In this document: positions 22,203 to 31,053 of the stretch, piece by piece
How the letters are laid out: every line of letters starts with the position of its first letter
Position numbering within the stretch: position 1 is the stretch's first letter
DNA from: Vicinamibacterales bacterium
GTDB taxonomy: Bacteria > Acidobacteriota > Vicinamibacteria > Vicinamibacterales > UBA8438
Assembly (NCBI GenBank): GCA_965203525.1
Contig: OZ241898.1
Span: 1,024,176-1,088,175, forward strand
Length of the DNA stretch: 64,000 nt
Direction: 5' to 3'
Translations under genes and position numbers: made by a program
The notes under the pieces: model-generated
What the model was told of the DNA's origin: nothing
Databases searched by the model: none
Seen by the model: the letters and a program-made list of their open reading frames with translations, nothing else

Positions 22203-23119
22203 TGCCGATGCCGCGGCAACTGATCGTGCGCGACTTCGGTCTCAAGCTGCTCGCGCTGGCGCTCGCCGTGGGGTTCTGGATCCAGGTGGCCGGCCAGCCG
22301 GTCGTCGAGCGCGGGCTCGACGCGCCGCTCGGTTTCGAGAACGTGCCGGACCGCCTGCACGTGGGAGGCGATCCGCCCGCTGCCGTGCGGGTGCGCGTAC
22401 GCGGCGCGTCCCGCATCGTGAGCGGCCTGCGGCCCGGCGACGTGGTCGCGGCGATCGACCTGGCCGCGGAACGTCCCGGCCGCCGCCTCTTCGACATGCT
22501 GGCGGGGCGCGTGCGCGCCCCGTTCGGCGTCGAAGTCACGCAGGTGGCGCCGGCCACCATCGCGGTGTCGCTCGAGCCCGCCGGCGCGCCGCGGGCGGTG
22601 CCGGTGGTGCCCGACGTCACGGGCCGGCCGGCGGAAGGGTTCGCCGTCGGCCGCATCACGGCCGAGCCGGCGGCCGTCGATGTGCTGGGCCCGGAGAGCC
22701 GGCTTGCCGGCCTGACGGAGGCGCTGACCGAGCCGGTGTCCGTCGCCGGAGCCTCCACCCGCGTCCGGGCGACGGTCACCCTCGGCGTGGCGGATCCGGT
22801 GCTCAGACTCCGCACCCCCGGATCGGCGCAGGTGACGGTCGAGATCGTGCCGGCGCCGCTGGAGCGGACGCTGCCCGCGGTGCCGGTGCGGACCGGCGCG
22901 GCCGGCCGCATCGCGGCGGTCGCTCCGGAGGCGGTCGAGGTGGGCGTGCGCGGCCCGCGGGATCGCGTGCGGGCGCTCGGCGACACGGCGGTCGAGGCGT
23001 TCGTCGACCTTGCGGGACTCCAGCCCGGCCGCTACAATCTGCCCGTCACCGTGGCGACGGGCGCCGGCATCGGCGTGACGCGCATCGACCCGTCGCGGGT
23101 GACCGTCACCGTGCGCTAG
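22202..23119 (+). CDS. cdaR: CdaR (YbbR-domain) regulator of CdaA
   Basis: N-terminal TM helix followed by repeated YbbR-like beta modules. It occupies the conserved position between cdaA and glmM. Confidence 0.75.
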   Translation: MPMPRQLIVRDFGLKLLALALAVGFWIQVAGQPVVERGLDAPLGFENVPDRLHVGGDPPAAVRVRVRGASRIVSGLRPGDVVAAIDLAAERPGRRLFDMLAGRVRAPFGVEVTQVAPATIAVSLEPAGAPRAVPVVPDVTGRPAEGFAVGRITAEPAAVDVLGPESRLAGLTEALTEPVSVAGASTRVRATVTLGVADPVLRLRTPGSAQVTVEIVPAPLERTLPAVPVRTGAAGRIAAVAPEAVEVGVRGPRDRVRALGDTAVEAFVDLAGLQPGRYNLPVTVATGAGIGVTRIDPSRVTVTVR

Positions 23120-23188
23120 TCCGCCCCGCCGGCCGGCCGTTCGCGGGGCGGGCTTCCGGGCGCGGCCTGTCCCGGGTCCCGCGGTTCC

Positions 23189-24526
23189 ATGTCGACCGTC
23201 CTGTTCGGCACCGATGGAGTGCGCGGCGTGCCGGGCGCCCCGCCGCTCGACGGTTCCACCATCACCCTGCTGGGCGCCGCCCTAGCCGAGGAACTCGGCG
23301 GTGCGCCGCGCGTCGTCCTCGGCCGCGACACCCGGGATTCGGGTCCGTGGGTGGAGCGGCGGTTCGCCGCCGGGGTGCGGGCGCGCGGCGGGCGGCCGGT
23401 GAGCATCGGCGTCATGCCCACGCCGGGGGTCGCCGTCGTCGCGGCGCGCCACGGCTTCGATGCGGGGGTCGCCGTCTCCGCGTCCCACAACCCCCACCCG
23501 GACAACGGGATCAAGATCCTGCAGGCCAGCGGGGCCAAGGCCTCGGCGGACCTCGAGCGCCGCATCGAGGCGCGCATCGCCGGGGCCCGCGCGGCCGGAA
23601 CGGTTCCGGACGACGACCCCGGGCAGCCTCTCGAAACGGCGGATCTGTCCGATTCCTACGTCGAGCATCTGGCCGGCGTCGTGGCGGGGGTGTCCGTGGC
23701 CGGCCCGCGGGTCGCCGTCGACTGCGCCCACGGCGCGACCAGCGGCGTCGCCCGCCGCGTGCTGGAGCGGCTCGGCGTCTCCGTGCTCGAGCTGCATGCG
23801 GCGCCGGACGGCCGCAACATCAACCAGGGGTGCGGCTCGACGCATCCCGAGGCGCTGCAGGCGGCGGTGGTCGAGCAGGGGTGCCGGCTGGGCTTCGCCT
23901 TCGATGGCGACGGCGACCGCGTCATCCTGGTCGACGGCCGCGGGCGTGTCGTGGACGGCGACGGCGTGCTCTTCGTGGCGGCCCGGCATCTGCATGCGGC
24001 CGGCCGCCTGGCGGGCGGCGGGGTGGTGGCGACCGTCATGAGCAACTTCGGGCTCGAGACGGCGCTGGACCGGGCCGGCATCGCGCTCCACCGCTGTCCG
24101 GTCGGCGACGCCCACGTGCGCGCGGAAATGGAGCGGCGCGGCGTCTGCCTCGGGGGCGAGCAGTCGGGACACGTCATCTTCTCCGACCTGCTGCCGACCG
24201 GGGACGGACTCGGCACGGCGTTGTCGGTGCTGCGAATCGTCGCCGAGAGCGGGCGGGAGCTGGCGGACCTGATGCGCGGCCTGCGCATCTGTCCGCAGGT
24301 CCTGCTGAACGTGCGCGTGGCCCGCAAGCCGAGTCTGGACGAGGCGCCGGCGATCGGCGACGCCATCCGGGCCGCCGAGGCGCGGCTCGCCGGCGCAGGA
24401 CGCGTGCTGGTACGCTATTCGGGGACGGAGCCGGTGCTGCGGGTGATGATCGAGGGGCCGGAGCGCGGCGCCGTCCAGGTGCTGGCGGAAGACATCGCCG
24501 CCTGCGCGCGGCGGGAACTCGCGTGA
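23189..24526 (+). CDS. glmM: Phosphoglucosamine mutase
   Basis: LFGTDGVRG; active-site loop SASHNP..DNGIK; FDGDGDR; GGEQSGH. Confidence 0.95.
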   Translation: MSTVLFGTDGVRGVPGAPPLDGSTITLLGAALAEELGGAPRVVLGRDTRDSGPWVERRFAAGVRARGGRPVSIGVMPTPGVAVVAARHGFDAGVAVSASHNPHPDNGIKILQASGAKASADLERRIEARIAGARAAGTVPDDDPGQPLETADLSDSYVEHLAGVVAGVSVAGPRVAVDCAHGATSGVARRVLERLGVSVLELHAAPDGRNINQGCGSTHPEALQAAVVEQGCRLGFAFDGDGDRVILVDGRGRVVDGDGVLFVAARHLHAAGRLAGGGVVATVMSNFGLETALDRAGIALHRCPVGDAHVRAEMERRGVCLGGEQSGHVIFSDLLPTGDGLGTALSVLRIVAESGRELADLMRGLRICPQVLLNVRVARKPSLDEAPAIGDAIRAAEARLAGAGRVLVRYSGTEPVLRVMIEGPERGAVQVLAEDIAACARRELA

Positions 24527-24565
24527 CCGGACCGGGAGTATCATCGCCGGGAGCCGGATCGGATC

Positions 24566-24814
24566 ATGGCCTGGATGCTGCGTCTGCTGCTGGCGGTGCT
24601 GATCATCCGGCTGCTCTGGAAGCTCGCCGCGGGCGTGGTCGCCGGCGTCCGCGATCCGCCGCCGCGCGGCGCGCAGCCGGGGGGCGCCCTCGTGCGCGAT
24701 CCGGTGTGCGGTACCTACGTCGAGCCTGCGCGCGCCCTCAGCACCCGCGCCGGCCGGGAGACGCATTACTTCTGTTCGAAGGAATGCCAGCGGTCGTTCG
24801 TGAAGACCGCGTGA
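24566..24814 (+). CDS. Small membrane-anchored YHS/TRASH-domain protein
   Basis: N-terminal TM helix followed by DPVCGTYV.......G...YFCSKECQRSF. Confidence 0.7.
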   Translation: MAWMLRLLLAVLIIRLLWKLAAGVVAGVRDPPPRGAQPGGALVRDPVCGTYVEPARALSTRAGRETHYFCSKECQRSFVKTA

Positions 24815-24837
24815 CGCGGAACGGCCACCCGGAAGCC

Positions 24838-25725
24838 ATGAACCCCGAAGAAGCCCGGCGCGCCGAGATCGTCGAGATCGGCCGCCGCCTGCACCAGCGC
24901 GCCTACGTCGCCTCGAACGACGGGAACGTCAGCGTGCGCCTCGACGCCGAGCGCCTCCTGACCACCCCGAAGGGCGTGTCGAAGGGCTTCATGTCCCCCG
25001 ACATGCTGGTGATCACCGACTACGAGGGGCGCAAGCTGGCCGGCGAACGGGACCCGTCTTCCGAGCTGCCGATGCACCTCGCCGTGTACCGGCGCCGCGC
25101 CGACGTCACGGCCGTCGTCCACGCCCATCCGCCCGTCGCGACCGGTTTCGCGGTGGCCGGGATCCCGCTCGACCGGGCGGTGCTGGCCGAGGTGGTCACG
25201 ACGCTCGGCAGCATTCCGATCGCGGAGTACGGGACGCCGTCGACGCAGGCGCTGGCCGATGCGGTCGACCGGCACGTCGCGGCGCACGACGGCCTGTTGC
25301 TGGCCAACCACGGCGCCATCACGGTGGCCGACGGGCTGCTGCCCGCGTACTACAAAATGGAGACGATCGAGCATTTCGCGCGCATCAGCGTGGTGGCCCG
25401 CATCCTCGGGCGCGAACGGCTGCTGTCGCGCGAGGAGGTCAACCGCCTGCAGGAGCTACGCGGCACGTACGGGATCGCCGCCCCCGCCCCGATCTGCCCG
25501 GAGGGCGACGGAATCGTCGCCGGCGGCGATGCGGCCTGCCAGACGCTGGAGGCGCCCTCCGCAACGGGCCGGCAGCTCGTGGACGACGTGCCGGCCGTTC
25601 CCGGCGCCGCGCCGCCGGCGGACGGAGCGGAGGAAATTCGTCTAACATACCGCGAACTGGCGGCGATCGTCGAAGACGCCGTCAACCGTCTGCGCGAGCA
25701 GGCGAATGCGTCCCGGAGCGGTTGA
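24838..25725 (+). CDS. Class II (fuculose/rhamnulose-1-phosphate type) aldolase with ~80-aa C-terminal extension ending in an amphipathic helix
   Basis: [36 protein letters not shown]. The extension ...[24 protein letters not shown] looks like a BMC encapsulation peptide. Confidence 0.85.
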   Translation: MNPEEARRAEIVEIGRRLHQRAYVASNDGNVSVRLDAERLLTTPKGVSKGFMSPDMLVITDYEGRKLAGERDPSSELPMHLAVYRRRADVTAVVHAHPPVATGFAVAGIPLDRAVLAEVVTTLGSIPIAEYGTPSTQALADAVDRHVAAHDGLLLANHGAITVADGLLPAYYKMETIEHFARISVVARILGRERLLSREEVNRLQELRGTYGIAAPAPICPEGDGIVAGGDAACQTLEAPSATGRQLVDDVPAVPGAAPPADGAEEIRLTYRELAAIVEDAVNRLREQANASRSG

Positions 25726-25753
25726 CGGGGCGTCCGGCGCGGGCGGAGGACAC

Positions 25754-26038
25754 ATGGGTGAAGCGTTGGGGCTGGTCGAGACCAAGGGTCTCGTGGCGAT
25801 GATCGAAGCGGCCGATGCGATGGTCAAGGCCGCCAAGGTGACGCTGGTCGGCTGGGAGAAGATCGGCGCCGGCTACGTGACGGCGATCGTGCGGGGCGAC
25901 GTGGCGGCCGTCAAGGCCGCGACCGACGCCGGCGCCGCCGCGGCGCGCCGGGTCGGCGAGCTGGTGTCGGTGCACGTGATCCCGAGACCGCACGCCAACC
26001 TCGAGGACGCTCTGCCGATCGGCAAGTCCGGCGTATAA
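25754..26038 (+). CDS. BMC-H hexameric shell protein (PF00936, PduA/EutM/CcmK-like)
   Basis: [58 protein letters not shown]. Confidence 0.95.
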   Translation: MGEALGLVETKGLVAMIEAADAMVKAAKVTLVGWEKIGAGYVTAIVRGDVAAVKAATDAGAAAARRVGELVSVHVIPRPHANLEDALPIGKSGV

Positions 26039-26042
26039 GGCC

Positions 26043-26321
26043 GTGATCCTGGCCCGGATCGTCGGAACCGTCGTGGCGACGTGCAAGGACGAGCGGCTCG
26101 TCAGCAACAAGCTGCTGGTGGTGCAGCCGATTGAACCCGGCGGCGCGGCGCGCGGCAGCCATCTGGTGGCGGTCGACACGGTCGACGCCGGGGCGGGGGA
26201 GACGGTGCTCGTCGTCGGCGGCAGTTCGGCCCGGATGGCCGGCGGCCTGCAGGATACGCCCGTGGACGCGGCGATCGTCGGCATCGTCGATTCCATCGCG
26301 CTGGCCGCCGATCGGAACTGA
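26043..26321 (+). CDS. BMC-P pentameric vertex protein (EutN/CcmL family), paralog 1
   Basis: MILARIVGTVVATCKDERLVSNKLLVVQPI...VAVDTVDAGAGETVLVV.GSSAR...DAAIVGIVD. Confidence 0.9.
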   Translation: MILARIVGTVVATCKDERLVSNKLLVVQPIEPGGAARGSHLVAVDTVDAGAGETVLVVGGSSARMAGGLQDTPVDAAIVGIVDSIALAADRN

Positions 26322-26366
26322 CGCCGCCGGTGGTTCTCCGGCGCCGCCGGAAGGTTGCGTACCGCG

Positions 26367-26648
26367 ATGCAGTTGGCGCGCGTCATCGGTGACGTCGTGG
26401 CGACCGTGAAGGACCGCACCCTGCACGGCCGGAAGCTGCTCGTGCTGCAGCCGCTGACGCCGGCCGGCGCGGCGTGCGGCCGGCCGCTGGTGGCGGTCGA
26501 CGCGGCCGGCGCGGGCGCCGGCGAGACGGTGTTCTTCGTGCGCGGCCGCGAGGCCTCGTTTCCCTTCCTGCCGGACGCGGTGGCGACCGACGCCAGCGTC
26601 GTCGGCATCGTCGATCACTGGACGGTGACGCCGGAAACGCCCGCCTGA
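26367..26648 (+). CDS. BMC-P pentameric vertex protein, paralog 2
   Basis: MQLARVIGDVVATVKDRTLHGRKLLVLQPL...VAVDAAGAGAGETVFFV...DASVVGIVD. Confidence 0.88.
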   Translation: MQLARVIGDVVATVKDRTLHGRKLLVLQPLTPAGAACGRPLVAVDAAGAGAGETVFFVRGREASFPFLPDAVATDASVVGIVDHWTVTPETPA

Positions 26649-26655
26649 TCCCGCC

Positions 26656-27033
26656 ATGCAGCTCGCCCGCGTGACCGGCACCGTCGTCGCGACGCACAAG
26701 CACGAGAAGCTGCTCGGGGCGAAGCTGCTGCTCGTGCAGCCGCTCGACGCCGGGGGCGTTGCGCGCGGCGCGCCGCTGCTGGCGGTGGACGCCGCGCAGG
26801 CCGGGGTCGGCGACCGCGTGCTGGTGGTCCGGGAGGGGCAGGCCGCGGTGGCCGCCATCCGCCGCCCCGCCGCGCCCGCCGACACCGCCATCGTCGGGAT
26901 CGTCGACCGGGTGGACGGCCCGGGCGGCGCGCCGGCGCCGGTGCGGGCCGGCGCCGCATCCGGGAGGGATTCGTTCGGCGGCGGGCAGACGGCCGCGCGG
27001 GCGGACTCCGTGCCGGCGGGGAGGGAGCCGTGA
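26656..27033 (+). CDS. BMC-P pentameric vertex protein, paralog 3, with a C-terminal low-complexity tail
   Basis: MQLARVTGTVVATHKHEKLLGAKLLLVQPL...LAVDAAQAGVGDRVLVV...DTAIVGIVD. Confidence 0.88.
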   Translation: MQLARVTGTVVATHKHEKLLGAKLLLVQPLDAGGVARGAPLLAVDAAQAGVGDRVLVVREGQAAVAAIRRPAAPADTAIVGIVDRVDGPGGAPAPVRAGAASGRDSFGGGQTAARADSVPAGREP

Positions 27034-27413
27034 CGCAGCCGGAGGTGCGCGCCGCCGTCGACGCCGCCATTCGCCGCCACCTGGCCGCGCGCCGCGCGGC
27101 GCCGCCGGCTGACGGGCCGCGGCCGGTCGCGCCGCCGCGGGCGGAGCAGCAGGCCGGTGACGCGGCGGTCACGGAGGGAGCACCGGGCCCGCCGTCGCCG
27201 GCGTCATCCGGGCCGCACGACCGCCCGGGCACGGAACTCGGTTCGATGTCGTCCGGTGCGCCGGGTCCGCCGCCGGCATCGTCCGGGCCGCACGCCAGCC
27301 ACGGCCGGTTCCCCCGCGCCGCCCGGCCGGGGGACCCGCCCGAGGGCCGTTGCGTGATCGAGCCCGAGGCCGAGTGCGTCGGCTCCGGATACTGCCGCTC
27401 GCACGGCTACTAG
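27030..27413 (+). CDS. Small BMC-operon protein: N-terminal amphipathic helix, Pro/Gly/Ser-rich repeat linker, C-terminal C-x8-C-x5-C tail
   Basis: The GTG at 27030 overlaps the stop of the third BMC-P gene. N-terminus QPEVRAAVDAAIRRHLAAR. Internal repeat APGPPSPASSGPH / APGPPPASSGPH. C-terminus GRCVIEPEAECVGSGYCRSHGY. I recognise no family. Confidence 0.55.
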   Translation: MTQPEVRAAVDAAIRRHLAARRAAPPADGPRPVAPPRAEQQAGDAAVTEGAPGPPSPASSGPHDRPGTELGSMSSGAPGPPPASSGPHASHGRFPRAARPGDPPEGRCVIEPEAECVGSGYCRSHGY

Positions 27414-27610
27414 TGTCCAGGCCGGTGAGGTTTCGCGAAAGCCAGGGACAGCAGAAATACCCCATGAACGTTGGGGAAACGCCCATCTCGAACATTTCGC
27501 GAATCACGATTACGGGACACTGGCCAGCGAACGGCCGGCGTGGTACGTCCAGGCGCTGCCTGCGAGCGGCACCGGCCGGCCGACCCCGCGACGCGGCGTG
27601 GCGTGACGAG

Positions 27611-28252
27611 ATGCTGACCGTCAACGAGATCTTCTACTCGATTCAGGGCGAATCGAGCTTCAGCGGGAGGCCGTGCGTCTTCGTGCGCCTGACCGCCTGC
27701 GACCTCCGCTGCCGGTGGTGCGACACGCCGTACGCGTTCCATGAAGGCGTTGCGACGTCGCTCGACGACGTGGTCGCGCGGGTCGACGCATACGGCTGCC
27801 CGCTGGTCGAGATCACCGGCGGCGAGCCGTTGCTGCAGCCTGACGTCTACCCGCTGATGCGCCGCCTGCTCGACGGCGGCAGGACGGTGCTGCTCGAGAC
27901 CGGCGGGCACGTCGACATCTCGAAGGTGCCGGACGCGGTGGTGAAGGTGGTCGACGTCAAGTGTCCCGGCAGCGGCGAATCGTCGCGCACCGATTGGGCC
28001 AACCTCGACCGGCTGGCCCGCCACGACGAGGTGAAGTTCGTGATCGCCGACCGGAAGGACTACGAGTTCGCCCGCGGCGTCGTCGAGCGGTACCGTCTCG
28101 GGCGCCGGTGCGCGGCGGCCCTGTTCTCTCCCGTGCACGGCGCCCTCGATCCGGCGGCGCTCGCGGCCTGGGTGCTGGACGACCGCTTGCCGGCGCGGGT
28201 GCAGGTGCAGGTGCACAAGTACCTCTGGGGCGCGGACGCCCGCGGCGTGTAG
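27611..28252 (+). CDS. queE: 7-carboxy-7-deazaguanine synthase (radical SAM)
   Basis: [10 protein letters not shown]...[21 protein letters not shown]... Confidence 0.92.
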   Translation: MLTVNEIFYSIQGESSFSGRPCVFVRLTACDLRCRWCDTPYAFHEGVATSLDDVVARVDAYGCPLVEITGGEPLLQPDVYPLMRRLLDGGRTVLLETGGHVDISKVPDAVVKVVDVKCPGSGESSRTDWANLDRLARHDEVKFVIADRKDYEFARGVVERYRLGRRCAAALFSPVHGALDPAALAAWVLDDRLPARVQVQVHKYLWGADARGV

Positions 28253-28256
28253 CCGG

Positions 28257-28949
28257 GTGATGCCGCCTCCCGCGCCGCCGCGCGCCGTCCTTCTGCTGAG
28301 CGGCGGACTCGATTCGTACACCGCCGGCGCCGTGGCCCGGTCCGAGGGCTTCACGCTGCATGCGCTGACGGTGCGTTACGGCCAGGTCCATGCCCGGGAG
28401 CTGGACGCGGCGCGGCGGGTCGCCGCGGCGCTCGGCGTCGAGCGGCACCTCGAGCTGTCCGTCGACCTCTCGGCGCTGGGCGGTTCGGCGCTGACCGGCG
28501 ACGGGCGCGTCCCGAAGGACCGCGCGCTGGACGAGGCGGGGATTCCGGCGACCTACGTGCCGGCCCGGAACACGGTTCTGCTGTCGCTGGCGCTGGCGTG
28601 GGCGGAGGCGCTCGGGGCGCGCGACCTCGTCATCGGCGTCAACGCGCTCGACTATTCAGGGTATCCGGACTGCCGGCCGGAGTACGTGGCGGCGTTCGAG
28701 CGGCTCGCCGCGCTGGCGACGAAGGCGGGAGTCGAAGGGGGGCGCTTCCGCGTCCACGCGCCGCTCGTCAGCCTGACGAAGGCGGACGTCATCCGCCGGG
28801 GACGTGCCCTGGGGCTCGACTACGGCCTGACCCACAGTTGCTACGACCCGGCGCCGGACGGCGCGCCGTGCGCGCGGTGCGACAGTTGCCGCCTGCGCGC
28901 CCGCGGCTTCGCCGAGGCGGGTCTCGCGGACCCGCTACGCCCGGCCTGA
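28257..28949 (+). CDS. queC: 7-cyano-7-deazaguanine synthase
   Basis: [11 protein letters not shown] (PP-loop); YVPARN; C-terminal zinc cysteines SCY...[10 protein letters not shown]. Confidence 0.93.
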   Translation: MMPPPAPPRAVLLLSGGLDSYTAGAVARSEGFTLHALTVRYGQVHARELDAARRVAAALGVERHLELSVDLSALGGSALTGDGRVPKDRALDEAGIPATYVPARNTVLLSLALAWAEALGARDLVIGVNALDYSGYPDCRPEYVAAFERLAALATKAGVEGGRFRVHAPLVSLTKADVIRRGRALGLDYGLTHSCYDPAPDGAPCARCDSCRLRARGFAEAGLADPLRPA

Positions 28950-29041
28950 CGAGGACGCCGCGGTTCGACGGCGAGGAGCGCCCGCGCTCCCGCCAGCCGC
29001 GCCGTGGCCGGCACGGCGTCGGCCGCGGCGTCGAGGTGCGG

Positions 29042-30880
29042 TCAGTCGCGGCTTGCCCTGCGGATGCGCGCGCGGCCGAGCGCATGCAGAACGCGGAGGG
29101 TCTTTCCGATGTCGTCGGGAACGGCGGGCATGTCCCGGATGACGTCCCGCTCCGAAATCCGCAGGGCGAGCCCGCGCGCCTGGAGCCACGTGCGGAGACC
29201 GCCGAGGACCGCCTTCGCATCACACCACCGCTCGGGCTGCTTCCACCGTGCGGCCAGGAACTCGTCGGCCCGGTCGAGGGCGGTGCTCAGCGCGAGTCTT
29301 CTGTCCTCCTGCTGGATGCGCGTCGCCACGCGCTGCCGCACGTGCTCGCGCTGCGCGTCCAGAAGGCGGTCGAATTCCGCCGCGAACGCGCCCCGTTGCC
29401 GTTTCCATGCCGCCCCGACGTGCCGCTCCTCCGCCTGGCGGTCGAGCGCGTTCAGCATCGCCGCGCGGTCCAGGACGTAGTTCTCGATCTCGTTGGCGTC
29501 CCACATCAGGAGCTTGAAGTCGAGACGGTACGCGTCCGTCCTGGCCCTGCCGGCATGGGTTCGCAGCACGGCGCGGCGCGACGCATCCGTGCGGTAGTCC
29601 CGGTCGCTTATCGCCACCATGCGAACGGGTCGTCCCGACGCGGGACCGACGCTGTTCAGGAGGTCGCGGACCTGCCGGCCCAGATCGAGCACGCCGGCGT
29701 CGACCGGACTCTGATACGTATGGAGGAACGTCAGTGCGCGCCAGACTTCCTGCTGCTTCTTTTCGCCCCAGTGCTTCCGCGCGAAGTCCTGCAGCAGGTT
29801 CCGATCGCGCTTGTTCTCGACGAACACCACGGCCCGGCCGGCCAGCAGCGGGACGATCTCCATGTGTTCGACGGCGCCCAGCTCCTCGAGAAGCTGGAGT
29901 TGCTCCGGCTGGACGAGCAACGGCGCCACGCGGCCGTCCATGCAGACCCGGACGCTTCCCTCGGGCGCCGCGCCGAGAAGCTGCGGCGAATGGGTCGCCA
30001 GGATGAACTGCGCCGGTTCCTCGCGCGCCAGCCGGGCGAGGATCCGCACGAGCTGTTCCTGCAGGCGGGCGTGCAGGTGGGCGTCCGGCTCGTCCAGCAG
30101 CACCGTGCCGGCGCCGGGCGCGAGCACCGACGCGAAGATCTGCAACGCCTGGTGAAATCCCGAGCCCGCGGTCATGACGTCCCTTTCCCGCCTCAGCACC
30201 CGGTCGCGGTACGTGGCGTTCAGGAACCGGTCCACTTCGAGGTCGAAGCGCACGGAGACCGCGCTCTCCGGGAACAGCTCCTCGAGGACGTCCTGGAGCG
30301 TGTTCCAGCGCGGGCCGGCGTGCTCTCGCAGATCCCACAAGAGGTTCCGCACCATCTCGCCGTGGCGCTGCAGCCGCATCCGGTCCCGGCGGGCCGGCGG
30401 CGTCAGGTACTCCTCGCGCGGCGAAAAGCCCGAGAAGAGGGGAATGATCCGAATCTCCCGTCCATCGACGGCCTCGCGCCAGCGCCCCGTGACGCTCGGG
30501 ACGATGCTGAAGCGGTTGTAGCTCATCTGGAGCTGGAAGCCGATCGTCGCCGCGTTGTCGAACTCCGCGCGCAACGACAGCGGATTCGGCCGGCCTTTCG
30601 TGCGAACACGTCCGTGCGGCCAGAGATCCGCGGGATCCGCCACCGGCAGAACGCCGAATTCGTCGGGACTCACGGTCCGGCGGACGAGCGCGAGCCGCCC
30701 CGGTTCCGGGCCGTTCGTCCCGCGAGTCGTTTCGACGCAGTACTGAAACAGGGTGAGCGCCTGGAGGATCGTCGACTTGCCGCTGTTGTTGGCGCCGACG
30801 AGCACGGTCACGTCGTCCAGCTCGATGCCCGTCGCCTGCTCGAAGCGCTTGAAGCCCTCGATGGTGAAGCGGCGGATCAT
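29042..30880 (-). CDS. Fused ABC-type (AAA_15/21) ATPase + DUF4435/TOPRIM nuclease-like domain (OLD / PARIS AriA-AriB-fusion-like)
   Basis: Walker A GANNSGKST; signature-like AGSGFHQ; Walker B VLLDEPDAHLH; H-loop LATHSP. The C-terminal half has VVFVENKRD (TOPRIM Glu), ISDRDYR (DxD) and WDANEIENY. A GAGGA RBS precedes the ATG at 30880. Confidence 0.8.
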   Translation of the reverse strand: MIRRFTIEGFKRFEQATGIELDDVTVLVGANNSGKSTILQALTLFQYCVETTRGTNGPEPGRLALVRRTVSPDEFGVLPVADPADLWPHGRVRTKGRPNPLSLRAEFDNAATIGFQLQMSYNRFSIVPSVTGRWREAVDGREIRIIPLFSGFSPREEYLTPPARRDRMRLQRHGEMVRNLLWDLREHAGPRWNTLQDVLEELFPESAVSVRFDLEVDRFLNATYRDRVLRRERDVMTAGSGFHQALQIFASVLAPGAGTVLLDEPDAHLHARLQEQLVRILARLAREEPAQFILATHSPQLLGAAPEGSVRVCMDGRVAPLLVQPEQLQLLEELGAVEHMEIVPLLAGRAVVFVENKRDRNLLQDFARKHWGEKKQQEVWRALTFLHTYQSPVDAGVLDLGRQVRDLLNSVGPASGRPVRMVAISDRDYRTDASRRAVLRTHAGRARTDAYRLDFKLLMWDANEIENYVLDRAAMLNALDRQAEERHVGAAWKRQRGAFAAEFDRLLDAQREHVRQRVATRIQQEDRRLALSTALDRADEFLAARWKQPERWCDAKAVLGGLRTWLQARGLALRISERDVIRDMPAVPDDIGKTLRVLHALGRARIRRASRD

Positions 30881-31010
30881 GCGGTTTCCTCATCCGGTCG
30901 CCGGCGCGATCCCGGTCAGCCTTTGAATACGTCCTCGATCAACCGGCGGACGGAGGAAGAATCGATGCCGCCGCGCGGGTCGCGGCGACGAGGAAGCGCC
31001 GCTTCGAGGC

Positions 31011-31053
31011 CCGGAAAAAGATCGACGGCAGCGACCCGTGGCCGACTGCCGTC
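31011..31053 (-). terminator. Hairpin + short U-tract (distal copy of a duplicated putative intrinsic terminator)
   Basis: On the minus strand: GACGGCAG-N14-CTGCCGTC followed by GATCTTTTTCC. Confidence 0.4.

Noticed and set aside
22114-24837. Upstream part of the 1203-aa ORF 22114..25725
   Set aside because: It overlaps cdaR, glmM and the YHS gene in the wrong frame. Only the last ~295 codons (the class II aldolase) are real.
27412-27610. preQ1 riboswitch upstream of queE
   Set aside because: I could not fit the class I consensus (short P1, conserved loop C/U, A-rich tail with CUA) or the class II/III features by eye. It is kept only as an unexplained structured leader in the findings.
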